64,000 bases of DNA from an uncultured archaeon (GCA_964493715.1 CAZBPC010000001.1:44383-108382); one strand, 5' to 3'. Positions 9,679 through 20,226 are shown, counted from the stretch's first letter. A program made the numbers and translations. The notes: a model not told the origin generated them from the letters alone.

Positions 9679-10899
9679 TTATTTCGATATGCTTTTAAAT
9701 AAATCTAAATACTTTTCAAAATGACGGATTAGAAGAAATTCATTCTTCACTTTTTCTCGTCCTTTTTTTCCCATATTCTCAGCTATTTTTGGATTCTTTA
9801 GTAAATATAATATTCTTTCCGCTGTTTCATCAATACTATTAACTAAATACCCGCTTTCGCCATCCTTAATCTGAAGTCTAATCCCTCCTACATCTCCCCC
9901 AATTACGGGAGTTCCTTTCCATAAAGCTTCCGTTACGGTTAGTCCAAATCCTTCTCGAAGTGATTTTTGTACAATTATTTTAGAAACTCGTTGAAAAGCA
10001 TTTACTTCAATGTCACCAACCCCATCTAAATTTGTTAAAATATGTATGTTTTCATCACCATTCGCATAGTCCTTTACTTTTTCAAGCCATTCTACACCCT
10101 CAGGATCATCGTGTGCTAAACTCCCAATTAAAGCCAAGCGAATGGGAATTTTCTCTTTGACTTTATTATACGCATCTACTACTCCTAAAGGATCCTTCCA
10201 AGGATCGAACCGAGATACTTGAGTAATTATTGGTATATCAAGGGGAACATATTTCTGAACAATATTTTTGGCTTTCTCAAGATCCAACTCTTTATTTTTT
10301 TCTGAAAAAGGATTGATCGAGGGTGTAATGTAAAATATCGGGTCATTTAATTCTGATTTTGCAAAATCTTTCATTGTAAAAATACGAGCATCATATTTCT
10401 GAAGAAAAGGAAAAATCAAATCCCACGCTTTAGGATTTGGATTCGAAGTATCAATGTGACAGCGCCAAATCCATTTTCCTTTTCTTTTTTCTGCATGTTT
10501 TATGATGGGGCATGGTTGAGGATCATGGATGATTACAAAATCTTCTTCAGGATGTACTTGATCGTAAATATCTTTTGCTTGCTCTAGGAATTGATTTACT
10601 TCTTCCGTTGAAAATTTTATTTTATAATCTCCTTGTAATGCATTATGCATCTTTTTTGATATCTGGAAGAAACTATCAGGTGCGGAAAACGCTTTCCATT
10701 TAACATCAAGATCGAGTTCTTCCATTAAAACAATCATGTTTTGTAATATTTCAGCAACGCCTCCGCCAAATTTAGTAGCATTTACGTGAAGGATAGATTT
10801 ATTTTCAAACTCTTTTGCTTTTTTTTTAATGATTTCTACTGGTTCTTTTCCTAAGAGAGTCTCATAGGAATTCAGGACTGAATTCATATCTTTTACCAT
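9679..10899 (-). CDS. treT: Trehalose glycosyl-transferring synthase (GT4)
   Basis: HVNATKFGGGVAE, IHDPQP, WRCHID, QVSRFDPWKD, QKSLREGFGLTVTEA. Confidence 0.92.
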   Translation of the reverse strand: MVKDMNSVLNSYETLLGKEPVEIIKKKAKEFENKSILHVNATKFGGGVAEILQNMIVLMEELDLDVKWKAFSAPDSFFQISKKMHNALQGDYKIKFSTEEVNQFLEQAKDIYDQVHPEEDFVIIHDPQPCPIIKHAEKRKGKWIWRCHIDTSNPNPKAWDLIFPFLQKYDARIFTMKDFAKSELNDPIFYITPSINPFSEKNKELDLEKAKNIVQKYVPLDIPIITQVSRFDPWKDPLGVVDAYNKVKEKIPIRLALIGSLAHDDPEGVEWLEKVKDYANGDENIHILTNLDGVGDIEVNAFQRVSKIIVQKSLREGFGLTVTEALWKGTPVIGGDVGGIRLQIKDGESGYLVNSIDETAERILYLLKNPKIAENMGKKGREKVKNEFLLIRHFEKYLDLFKSISK

Positions 10900-11147
10900 T
10901 CTTTTTTCAATCTCTTTATTCTTTTATTGGTATAGAATTGGTGATTTTAAATTAATTTATAATGAATTTATGTATATAAAATTTTTTACTATAGTCTTTA
11001 GGTCTCTCCTAAATTGATAATTCTTTAACTATAACTTTATAAATGAAAACATCATATTTCTTACTTGTTTTTTTAATTGATGACTTAAATCTAACAAAAA
11101 AAAATTTTTTAATTTGAATGTAAAAAAACAAAGAAGGAAAAACAAAC

Positions 11148-12623
11148 ATGAGAAAATTAAACAATATTTTTTTACTTTCTATCATGGTTTTTTCAATGAT
11201 TACAGCGACATTTCTCATTGGAGCCGTTACAAAAATTGACTTAAAAACAGCTGTACCCAAATCTTCTGCAGGAGTTGATTTAAAAATAATTGTTACCGAT
11301 CAGCAAGTACCCGCAGTACAACTTGTTGTAGCTGATTTTCTAGCTGATCCATTAGGATCTGGAGTAAATAGTGTTACTGTGGCTTCATCTGGATCTGATG
11401 CTACTGTTCAACTAACAACTTTATCAGCTGCGTTGGCATCATCAAGTACTGAATATGATGTCGTTGGTATGGATGTCGTTTGGACAGGTTTTTTTGCTGA
11501 TAATGGATGGATTATTCCTCTTGATAGCTATGTAAGTGCTAGTGAAATGGCCAATTTCGTTGGTGGTATGGTAGATGCGTGTACCTATAATGGGCATTAT
11601 TATGCTTATCCTTATTTTATGAATTTAGGTATATTATTCTATCGAAAGGATTTAATGGATCTAAATGGTTTAACTACCGCTAATTTTACAACATGGGAAG
11701 GTTTAAAAGCAACAGCAAATTACATACTCAATAATGAATCTGGTACCCTAGATAATCCCAATTTAGTGGGTTGGGTAGGACAATTAGATAACTATGAAGG
11801 TGGGGTATGTAATTTCTTTGAAGTTGCCGGAAGTAATGGTGCCACAGATCTAATTGTAGGTAATACAGTGAACATTGCCGGAAATTCAAAATTAGCAGAT
11901 GCAATGACCTTTTTCCAGAACTTGATACCACCTCAATACACTGGGGTTCAAGGAACACCAAGTTCTCCAAATCCATATATAATTCCAAGAGTTGGATTAG
12001 TAATGGATGAGGGTTCCTCTGTAACAACCTGGAATCAAAATAATTCAATATTCATGAGACAATGGACTTTTGGCTATGGAGCTTCGATTGATAATGGAAT
12101 AGACTTTGGAGTTGCTCCCTTACCTCATTTTGCAGGAGCCACGAATTATAAGACAAGTTGCGTTGGCGGAGCTATATTAGCAATCCCTTCAGCTATAAAT
12201 AGTGCTCAAAGAGCAGGAGCAGTTAATCTTACTAAATATTTAGGTAAACTAAACGCTCAAGAAGTAGAATTGGTAAATACTTCAAACTTTCCAGCATTGA
12301 AATCAGTGTATGCTAGTCCTCCAACAGGATTCGAATGGATTTCAAATTGGACCACCCAGTTAGATCAAACACTTTCTAGACCTGTAGAATCTCAATATCC
12401 ATTAATCTCAGTTGCAATTTCAAATGATTTTAGCAACATTCTTAGTGGTGGGAAAACAGTTACTCAAGGTTTATCTGATATGCAAACAAATATCGAAGAT
12501 ATCTTAGCTGGTTCTCCTACTGTACCCGCTATTCCGGGATATGATGTTGCCCTGATTGTTGTTGCGGCTATGTCAGCATTGGGACTTATAATCATGATAA
12601 GAAAGCGTCATAATAAAATCTAA
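11148..12623 (+). CDS. Sugar (trehalose/maltose-type) ABC transporter substrate-binding protein with C-terminal IPGY sorting/anchor signal
   Basis: Signal peptide; DVVGMDVVW, LFYRKDL, YEGGVCNF, FMRQW; C-terminus AIPGYDV + TM + RKRHNK. Confidence 0.9.
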   Translation: MRKLNNIFLLSIMVFSMITATFLIGAVTKIDLKTAVPKSSAGVDLKIIVTDQQVPAVQLVVADFLADPLGSGVNSVTVASSGSDATVQLTTLSAALASSSTEYDVVGMDVVWTGFFADNGWIIPLDSYVSASEMANFVGGMVDACTYNGHYYAYPYFMNLGILFYRKDLMDLNGLTTANFTTWEGLKATANYILNNESGTLDNPNLVGWVGQLDNYEGGVCNFFEVAGSNGATDLIVGNTVNIAGNSKLADAMTFFQNLIPPQYTGVQGTPSSPNPYIIPRVGLVMDEGSSVTTWNQNNSIFMRQWTFGYGASIDNGIDFGVAPLPHFAGATNYKTSCVGGAILAIPSAINSAQRAGAVNLTKYLGKLNAQEVELVNTSNFPALKSVYASPPTGFEWISNWTTQLDQTLSRPVESQYPLISVAISNDFSNILSGGKTVTQGLSDMQTNIEDILAGSPTVPAIPGYDVALIVVAAMSALGLIIMIRKRHNKI

Positions 12624-12671
12624 ATTTTTTTTTTTTTTTATAAATTATTAATAAATAGGTTGACACTATAA

Positions 12672-14852
12672 ATGAGTACGACAACGTTATTAGAAAAAGT
12701 AGAATTTAAGATTCCTGGAAAAGAGCGACAAAAACCCGAAAAAGATAGGAAATTCGTGATCACACTATTAGTTCCAGCTTTATTTATTTTTGCTTTCGCC
12801 ATCTTAATTCCTATTGTGATTGGTCTATTTATCAGTTTTACAGATAGCAAAGCCGCAACCGGTTATTTTGGAAGGCATGTTACTATCGTCAATTACTATG
12901 AACTTTTGGTGTTTGGAAATTATAATAGTCGTAATTTTTGGCGTTATACCTATCAAACACTCTTTTTTTCTATAGTTTCCTTAATTTTCGAATTCATATT
13001 AGGTTTAATTTTTGCGTTAATTTTAAACAAGAAGTTTAAGGGAAGAGGGATTGCACGAACCACACTTTTAATTCCTTGGGCATTACCTACGGTAGCATCA
13101 GCTACAATTTTTAGGTTTGAAATATTTAATCCCGCTGAAAATTTTGGTCTAGTAAATAGCATACTTCAATTATTAGGTTTACAAACTGTGTCATTCTTTG
13201 GACCAGATGCACCCGTATTGTTTACATTATTAGGACCGGTCCCATTTGGTACACATCTTGAAGCAGTTCCTATTACTCTTACAATGATGGTTGCTATAAC
13301 CATCGATGTTTGGAAAACTACCCCTTTTATTACTTTACTTATATTAGCAGCACTCCAGATTGTCCCAGAAGATTTATATAAAGCAGGAGATATTGCTGGA
13401 GCAAGTGGGTGGCAAAAGTTTAGATACATTTCCTGGCCCCTTATAAAACCGGGAGTTGGAATAGCATTAATATTTCGAGCCATGGAGGCATTACGAGTTT
13501 ATGATGCTATTGTTGTCTTCAAAGATGACAGTGTTCATTCATTAACTTGGCAAGCAGTACAACTATGGTTAAACGGAGATTATGGCTTAGCTTCCTCCAT
13601 TTCGGTCATATTACTCCTTTTTGTTATCATATTCGCTTTTTTTATTCTTCTTTTTACGCGAAGAAGGGATAAAAAACAAAAAGGCGGCAAAAATTTCTTG
13701 CAAAAGGCTTGGAGTAAAATGGGTCATAGAATTAGTAAAAAAGAAACTAAAGCGATTTCAGAAATTGAGGATTTAAAGAAAAAAGAGACAGATAAAACTC
13801 AAAAAACTATTGGTGATCAATCCCAAATAGATGCAATAAAAAGTTTATCACTCGAACAAGATAACATAGTGGAAATCATATTGCCATTAGAATTGGAACA
13901 TAAATCAATAACAATTTCTCAAAGGAAAGTTCAGTGGTACATAATATCACGGTACATAAAGAGAGTAGTGTTTGCTTTCATGGTATTAGCCATGTGTTTA
14001 TTCTGTGCTGGACCTTTCATTTGGATTGCGTTAAGGTCTTTTAGAAACCCTTATAACACGGTTTTACAAACATCATTTGAACTTTTTCCAAAATACATAT
14101 CTTTGGATGCTTATAAACTTTTATTCACTAATTCACAAGTTTATGGAACAACATTTAATGTACCACTTGTAAATGGGGTGATACTTTCTGGATTAACGGT
14201 GCTCATCGTACTCTTTGCAGGGATTTTAATTGCATATGCCATTGCAAAATTTAAATTTCCTTTCAAGAGTGGACTCAGTAGTTTCGTCTTTTCAATGAAT
14301 AGTCTTCCTCCTCTAATCATCGTTATTCCCTTTTATATTCAGACGATCTTAATTTCTAGCATTATACCCCCTGTAGATTTTGGAGATTCATATGCAAATG
14401 GTATATTTAATCATTTATTTACACTCATATTGCCATATGCGGCGTTTAATTTACCCTTAGCGGTTTTTATATTAGTCGCTTTCTTTAAAGAAATTCCACC
14501 GGATTTATGGAAAGCCGCAAAAGTTGATGGTGCGTCCAATTTTCAAGTTTTACGGAAAGTAATACTTCCATTGACAATACCTGGAATATTTACTACAGCG
14601 ATTTTGGTTTTCATTGCATCATGGAATGAGTTATTATTTGCTCAGGTCTTTTTAATCGATCCTCAGATTCAAACCGTACCACGAACAATACTAAGGTATG
14701 TTCAAAATGATCTAAGTTTAACGGCAAATTGGAACACAGATATTGTCCTATTAGCGGCTACCACAATTTCAACTATTCCATTAGTACTTATAGTACTTAT
14801 ATTTCAGAAAAAAATAATAAGTGGATTAACAAGAGGAGCTGTTAAAGGTTAA
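12672..14852 (+). CDS. Fused carbohydrate ABC permease (MalF-like + MalG-like)
   Basis: Two permease domains, each with an EAA-like loop (LYKAGDIAGAS; LWKAAKVDGAS); ends SGLTRGAVKG. Confidence 0.92.
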   Translation: MSTTTLLEKVEFKIPGKERQKPEKDRKFVITLLVPALFIFAFAILIPIVIGLFISFTDSKAATGYFGRHVTIVNYYELLVFGNYNSRNFWRYTYQTLFFSIVSLIFEFILGLIFALILNKKFKGRGIARTTLLIPWALPTVASATIFRFEIFNPAENFGLVNSILQLLGLQTVSFFGPDAPVLFTLLGPVPFGTHLEAVPITLTMMVAITIDVWKTTPFITLLILAALQIVPEDLYKAGDIAGASGWQKFRYISWPLIKPGVGIALIFRAMEALRVYDAIVVFKDDSVHSLTWQAVQLWLNGDYGLASSISVILLLFVIIFAFFILLFTRRRDKKQKGGKNFLQKAWSKMGHRISKKETKAISEIEDLKKKETDKTQKTIGDQSQIDAIKSLSLEQDNIVEIILPLELEHKSITISQRKVQWYIISRYIKRVVFAFMVLAMCLFCAGPFIWIALRSFRNPYNTVLQTSFELFPKYISLDAYKLLFTNSQVYGTTFNVPLVNGVILSGLTVLIVLFAGILIAYAIAKFKFPFKSGLSSFVFSMNSLPPLIIVIPFYIQTILISSIIPPVDFGDSYANGIFNHLFTLILPYAAFNLPLAVFILVAFFKEIPPDLWKAAKVDGASNFQVLRKVILPLTIPGIFTTAILVFIASWNELLFAQVFLIDPQIQTVPRTILRYVQNDLSLTANWNTDIVLLAATTISTIPLVLIVLIFQKKIISGLTRGAVKG

Positions 14853-14869
14853 AAAAAAGGTGATAATGA

Positions 14870-16000
14870 ATGGTAAGAATACGACTTGTTGATGTAGAAA
14901 AGAATTTTGGATCTGTAAAAGTTTTAAAAAAAATCAATCTTGAGATAAAAGATCAAGAATTTATGGTATTAGTAGGACCTTCTGGTTGCGGAAAGTCTAC
15001 ATGCTTAAACATTATTGCTGGTTTAGAGTATGTTAGTAGTGGTCAAGTTTTTTTTGACGATGCTGATGTCTCATACCTCCCTCCTAAAGAAAGAAAGGTG
15101 GCAATGGTTTTCCAAAGTTATGCGTTATATCCCCATATGAATGTTCGGAAAAATATGGAGTTTTCTCTAAAACTTGCCAAAATGGATAAAGATGAAATTA
15201 CTAAAAAAGTAGAAAGTGCAGCTAAATTACTCGATATTTCTACGTTGTTAGATAGAAAACCAGGAGAGATTAGTGGAGGACAGCGCCAAAGAGTTGCTTT
15301 AGGAAGGTCTATTGTCCGAGATCCAACTGTATTTTTATTTGATGAACCTTTAAGTAATTTAGATGCTAAATTACGCATTCAGATGAGAGGGGAAATCATT
15401 AAATTACAACGAAAACTTAAAATTACTCAAATCTATGTGACACATGATCAAGTGGAAGCAATGTCAATGGCAGATCGAATTGCAATTTTAAATAATGGTA
15501 GTTTCCAGCAAATAGGTCCACCGAGTGAAGTATATAATAAACCTATAAATAAATTTGTTGCGGGATTTATAGGCTCTCCTTCGATGAATTTTTTTGATGC
15601 CGAAATGGGTCCATCAGGACAACAAGAAATAATCTTTGGAGAACATAAGTATCCTGTATCAAATGAAATCATATCCAAAATTAAGAAAAATCCTTCAGAT
15701 AAAGTTATACTAGGTATCCGGCCAGAACATATTACAATTACTCCTAATAAGCATGATAATTCATTTGAGGTAACTCTTACTGTTGTAGAATTTCTTGGTC
15801 CGGATACAATGGTCACATTCGAGTTTCCTGATAAGATTCAGGGTATGGTTGCTGTACCAGGATTTTATGATGCCAAGATGGATGATAAAGGATATATTTC
15901 TTTTCCAATGGAGAAAATACACGTGTTTGACAGTGAAACGGAATTGAATCTAATTCATGCTTCTGATCAAAAAGAACCTAATATTAATTACAAAAAATAA
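14870..16000 (+). CDS. Sugar ABC transporter ATP-binding protein (MalK-like)
   Basis: GPSGCGKS, ISGGQRQR, FDEPLSNLD, YVTHDQ, GFIGSP. Confidence 0.95.
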   Translation: MVRIRLVDVEKNFGSVKVLKKINLEIKDQEFMVLVGPSGCGKSTCLNIIAGLEYVSSGQVFFDDADVSYLPPKERKVAMVFQSYALYPHMNVRKNMEFSLKLAKMDKDEITKKVESAAKLLDISTLLDRKPGEISGGQRQRVALGRSIVRDPTVFLFDEPLSNLDAKLRIQMRGEIIKLQRKLKITQIYVTHDQVEAMSMADRIAILNNGSFQQIGPPSEVYNKPINKFVAGFIGSPSMNFFDAEMGPSGQQEIIFGEHKYPVSNEIISKIKKNPSDKVILGIRPEHITITPNKHDNSFEVTLTVVEFLGPDTMVTFEFPDKIQGMVAVPGFYDAKMDDKGYISFPMEKIHVFDSETELNLIHASDQKEPNINYKK

Positions 16001-16024
16001 GGGATCGATAATGGTGGCTTAGAC

Positions 16025-16489
16025 GTGTCTTTTATAGCGGATTTATATCAAACAGCAAAAAAGTGGAATGTCTTAGCAGGCATCATTATTTCCGATCTTA
16101 TAACATTCATTGCATATATGATTTATTCCGGCGGAATATTTCGTTTAGGAGATATTCAAATGGTTTTAGGTGTTGCTATTGGTGCTTATTTTGCTTTGAA
16201 AAATATGAAGGAATATCAAACCGCGCTAAAAACTGGTTTAATCACGGCTTTGGGAGGTTCAATTTTAGCTGCAATTTCTTTAAGTGTTTTTGATTGGGCT
16301 ATTTTTTCATTTGTATTCCCTATTAGCTTTTTAGATATCTTTATTTATTATTTTCTTGAAGCTGTGATAATAGGACTGTCTATTGGTTTGATAGAGGGAT
16401 TATATTTTAGGATGAAAAAACCAAAAAGACTCATAAGTGATGATGATCTCGATGATGATATATTCTATGAAAGTTTGAAAGCAAAATAA
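16025..16489 (+). CDS. Hypothetical 4-TM membrane protein (paralog A)
   Basis: Four hydrophobic segments, acidic C-tail; similar to the next ORF. Confidence 0.7.
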   Translation: MSFIADLYQTAKKWNVLAGIIISDLITFIAYMIYSGGIFRLGDIQMVLGVAIGAYFALKNMKEYQTALKTGLITALGGSILAAISLSVFDWAIFSFVFPISFLDIFIYYFLEAVIIGLSIGLIEGLYFRMKKPKRLISDDDLDDDIFYESLKAK

Positions 16490-16580
16490 CTTTTTTTTTA
16501 ATTAAATTTATACAAAATTAATAACTTAAATCATTAATAATAGTATTATTCACATCAAAATTAATTTATAATTCTAAAAG

Positions 16581-17057
16581 GTGACGTATATTCCTATTTT
16601 AAATTATTTTCTTTATATCGCGAAAAAGCACACTCTCCTTGTAGGGATAATCATTTTTGACATTATAAGTGCTGTTTTACTGTTTATCTTACCATTTTAT
16701 CTATTTTTGTATTATGGAGACATCGGGGTAATTCTCGGAGCTGTTATTGGTATGATTTTTACTCTTAGATATTGCAAACCCGAAAAAGAAATACGTAAGG
16801 TCAGTTTTTATTTTATCCTTTTAGGTGCTCTTTTAACTTCTCTTACTCTTTCTATAATTGAATGGATGATAACCATACCTTATTATGGATTAAATTTCGT
16901 TATCTTTTTGAGTCTTTTTGTCTCTAACTTAATTATGGTTTTTGTCCTTACGATAATAATTGGAATCTTTTTGGGTTATTATTATTCAACAAAAAGAGCT
17001 AATGTTAAAAAAAGTGATGAATTTGATGATTTTTTCGCAGAATTAGAAAAAAAGTGA
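16581..17057 (+). CDS. Hypothetical 4-TM membrane protein (paralog B)
   Basis: Shares AKK...GIIIxD, GDIxxxLG and acidic DDxF tail with the preceding ORF. Confidence 0.7.
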   Translation: MTYIPILNYFLYIAKKHTLLVGIIIFDIISAVLLFILPFYLFLYYGDIGVILGAVIGMIFTLRYCKPEKEIRKVSFYFILLGALLTSLTLSIIEWMITIPYYGLNFVIFLSLFVSNLIMVFVLTIIIGIFLGYYYSTKRANVKKSDEFDDFFAELEKK

Positions 17058-17324
17058 GAATTACTTTTTCTAATCCTATAGCAATGTATTTATGAAATCA
17101 TTTATGCTATAAAATTGATTTTTCTATATTTATCTAAAACACTTACAAAAATTATGAAAACTATCATAATGATCTTCTCAACAAATTCTGTGAATTCTTA
17201 ATTTTTAAGTGATTATTTATCTTATCTTAATAAGTTTAGAAATACATATTATACAAGGATAAAATAAATCTTCATTGCCCTTTTAATAAATTTATAAATT
17301 AGAAATCAAAAATCAGATGTTATT

Positions 17325-18470
17325 ATGGAAAATTTATTTTTTACAGATAAAATTCACATGATTAAAAAACGTGTTATAAGTTTTTTAAAAGAAGAATTAG
17401 AACCAATTAAAAATGATCTCAATAATATTGATAAAATTTCTATTACTTTATTAAAGAAATTAGGAAAACAAGGTTTGATTGGACCTTTAATTCCTCAGAA
17501 ATATGGAGGAACAGAATTAGGAATTATTGCTCATTGCATGATTACAGAAGAAATTTCAAAAATCAACGTGGCAGTTTCAGTTTCCCGAACACCTTGTATA
17601 TTAATGGGATATCTCCTCAATAAGTTTAGCAATGAACAGCAAAAAGAGAAATATCTTAAACAAGTTGCGACAGGAGATAAAATATGCAGTATCTGTGTTA
17701 CCGAGGAAATGGCAGGATCTAACGTAGCGGATATTAAAACTATAGCAGAAAAGAAGGGAAATTCATATTTATTAAATGGTTCCAAGAGATTTATTACCAA
17801 CGCAGGAATATCCGATTACTATTTTATTTGGGCCATTTCAAACCAGAATGTGAATTCTCGAGAAGGTATTAGTGTATTCTTGGTTGAAAAAGATACACCA
17901 GGATTAAGCATTGAGAACCCATATAACTTGATGGGAATAAATGGCATATATAACGGAAATCTTGAACTTAAAGATGTTGAAGTTCCCCAAGATAATTTGA
18001 TTGGAACGGAAGGAAATGGTTTTAATAATTTGATGGATGTATTTAACATCGAAAGAATAACATTGAGTTCTGAGTGTAATGGTATAGCGATGGCAGCTTT
18101 GGAAGAATCAAAAAAGTATGCCAAAACACGAATTCAATTCAATAAACCAATAGCATCCTTTCAAATAATTAAATTTAAAATTGCGGAAATGGCAATTAAA
18201 CTACAAGCTGCTAGATTGTTAACTTATAGTGCCGCAAAACTTTCAGAAATGAAAATAAATTTTACTAAAGAAGCATCAATGGCAAAATCATATTCAAGTA
18301 AGACAGCTTTAGAAATTACTTCTGAAGCGGTTCAAATTCATGGAGGAAATGGTTATACGGATAATTATCCCGTTGAAAGATACATGCGAGATGCTAAATT
18401 TTTTATGATTGGAGGGGGAACCACAGAAATACAGAATTTAATTATTGCCAGAGAAGAATTAAAAAACTAA
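17325..18470 (+). CDS. Acyl-CoA dehydrogenase
   Basis: VTEEMAGS, LNGSKRFITNA, RIQFNKPI, QIHGGNGY, IGGGTTEIQ. Confidence 0.95.
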   Translation: MENLFFTDKIHMIKKRVISFLKEELEPIKNDLNNIDKISITLLKKLGKQGLIGPLIPQKYGGTELGIIAHCMITEEISKINVAVSVSRTPCILMGYLLNKFSNEQQKEKYLKQVATGDKICSICVTEEMAGSNVADIKTIAEKKGNSYLLNGSKRFITNAGISDYYFIWAISNQNVNSREGISVFLVEKDTPGLSIENPYNLMGINGIYNGNLELKDVEVPQDNLIGTEGNGFNNLMDVFNIERITLSSECNGIAMAALEESKKYAKTRIQFNKPIASFQIIKFKIAEMAIKLQAARLLTYSAAKLSEMKINFTKEASMAKSYSSKTALEITSEAVQIHGGNGYTDNYPVERYMRDAKFFMIGGGTTEIQNLIIAREELKN

Positions 18471-18503
18471 TTAAAAAAATTATTTAGGAATCAAAATGTC
18501 AGT

Positions 18504-19355
18504 TCAATAATCATAGAAACCTTTCCGTGATTTTCTACCTAATTGGTTATTATTTACCATTTTTTTTAAGAGGAAACTTGGTTTATATTTATCTCCAAAT
18601 TCATTATTCAAATATTCTCCGATATTATTATAAATGTCCAATCCAACTAAATCACTTAATTCTAAGGGACCCATGGGAAAATTGAATGCGAGTTTACAAG
18701 CGGTATCAATATCTTCGGTACTGGCAATTCCTTCCATTTTCATGTTAATAGCTTCGTTACATAATACATAGATTAATCTAGAAGTTACAAAACCAGGGGA
18801 ATCATTGATTGTAACTACAGTTTTATTTAATCGTTTTGAAAACTCTTTAGCGATTTCTAATGTCTCATTTGTCGTGTTATCTCCTTTAACTAGCTCTATC
18901 AATTTCATTACTGTAGCTGGATTAAAAAAGTGGATTCCTACAATTCTATCTTGATGCTTACATTTAGAAGCTATGTCTGTTATACTTAAAGATGAAGTAT
19001 TTGAGGCTAGAACGACGTGATTTTCGCAAATTGAATCTAGTTTTTCAAAAAGAACTTGTTTAAGATTCATATCTTCATAAATAGCTTCAATTACTAATTG
19101 TACTTTATCTATTGCTTCTTCAATGTTTGTAAAGTAATGAATATTACTAAGAATCTTGCTTGCTTCTTCCTTTGAGATTTTATTTGTGGTTACATAATGG
19201 CGATCTATATTCTGTTCAATTTTCTCTTTTATCTTATTTAATAAATCTTCACTTAAATCCACTAAATTTACTGAATAACCGTTAATCGCAATTAGTTGTG
19301 CGATTCCGGAACCCATTGTACCCGCACCAATGATGCACACATTTTGAATTTCCAT
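18504..19355 (-). CDS. 3-hydroxyacyl-CoA (3-hydroxybutyryl-CoA) dehydrogenase
   Basis: GAGTMGSG, EAIYE, SNTSS, HFFNP, PMGPLELSDLVGLD. Confidence 0.95.
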   Translation of the reverse strand: MEIQNVCIIGAGTMGSGIAQLIAINGYSVNLVDLSEDLLNKIKEKIEQNIDRHYVTTNKISKEEASKILSNIHYFTNIEEAIDKVQLVIEAIYEDMNLKQVLFEKLDSICENHVVLASNTSSLSITDIASKCKHQDRIVGIHFFNPATVMKLIELVKGDNTTNETLEIAKEFSKRLNKTVVTINDSPGFVTSRLIYVLCNEAINMKMEGIASTEDIDTACKLAFNFPMGPLELSDLVGLDIYNNIGEYLNNEFGDKYKPSFLLKKMVNNNQLGRKSRKGFYDY

Positions 19356-19361
19356 AGATTG

Positions 19362-20150
19362 TCACTCTCTAAATTTGTTAAAATCTGGTTTTCTTTTTTC
19401 AATAAAAGAATTTTTCCCTTCTACTGCTTCATCGGTGTTATAGTAAAGAGAAAGACCTCCAACGCCTAACTGGGTGATTCCCGAAGTACCATCACTTTCA
19501 GCCAAAAAAGCAAACTTTAACATTTTTAACGCTGTGGGACTCTTCTCTAATAATTCTTGACACCAGATATTTACTTCTTCATCTAATTTGTCATAAGGGA
19601 CTACTGCATTAACAAGTCCCATTTCTAATGCTTGTTGGGCAGTATATCGCCGACATAAAAACCATATTTCTTTTGCACGTTTTACACCTACTGCGCGCAT
19701 TAAATCACCTGTACCATAACCTGGATCAAAAGAACCTACCCGAGGTCCTGCTTGACCGAGTTGGGCATGTTCTGCAGCTATAGTCAAATCGCAAGCAACA
19801 TGCCATACATGTCCTCCCCCAATAGCATATCCGTTTACTCGAGCAATAACAGGTTTGGGTAGGGTGCGAATCAAATGGGTGACATGTTGCCATCCAACCT
19901 CTAATGGTAACATGTACTCTCCCTTGTAGCCTCCCTTCTCGCGAGTGGTTTGGTCACCACCCGTACAAAAGGCTTTTTCTCCAGTCCCAGTAAACACAAC
20001 AACTCCTATTTCATTATCCATGCACCGATTAAGTGCGTCAATCAGTTCATGAACAGTTTGTTGCGTGCACGAATTATATCGTTGAGGGCGATTAATGGTT
20101 ATACGGGCTATACCATCATACTTTTCAAAAATAATATCTTCATAATCCAA
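19362..20150 (-). CDS. Crotonase-family enzyme, MenB/BadI type (naphthoate synthase or 2-ketocyclohexanecarboxyl-CoA hydrolase)
   Basis: AFCTGGDQ, GYAIGGGH, GPRVGSFDPGYG, LYYNTDEAVEG. Confidence 0.85.
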   Translation of the reverse strand: MDYEDIIFEKYDGIARITINRPQRYNSCTQQTVHELIDALNRCMDNEIGVVVFTGTGEKAFCTGGDQTTREKGGYKGEYMLPLEVGWQHVTHLIRTLPKPVIARVNGYAIGGGHVWHVACDLTIAAEHAQLGQAGPRVGSFDPGYGTGDLMRAVGVKRAKEIWFLCRRYTAQQALEMGLVNAVVPYDKLDEEVNIWCQELLEKSPTALKMLKFAFLAESDGTSGITQLGVGGLSLYYNTDEAVEGKNSFIEKRKPDFNKFRE

Positions 20151-20226
20151 TATATATCATCTATACGTGGTTTGATTTTCGATTTTATAACTAATCAATA
20201 AGAATGATCTTGAAATATTTAATAAT

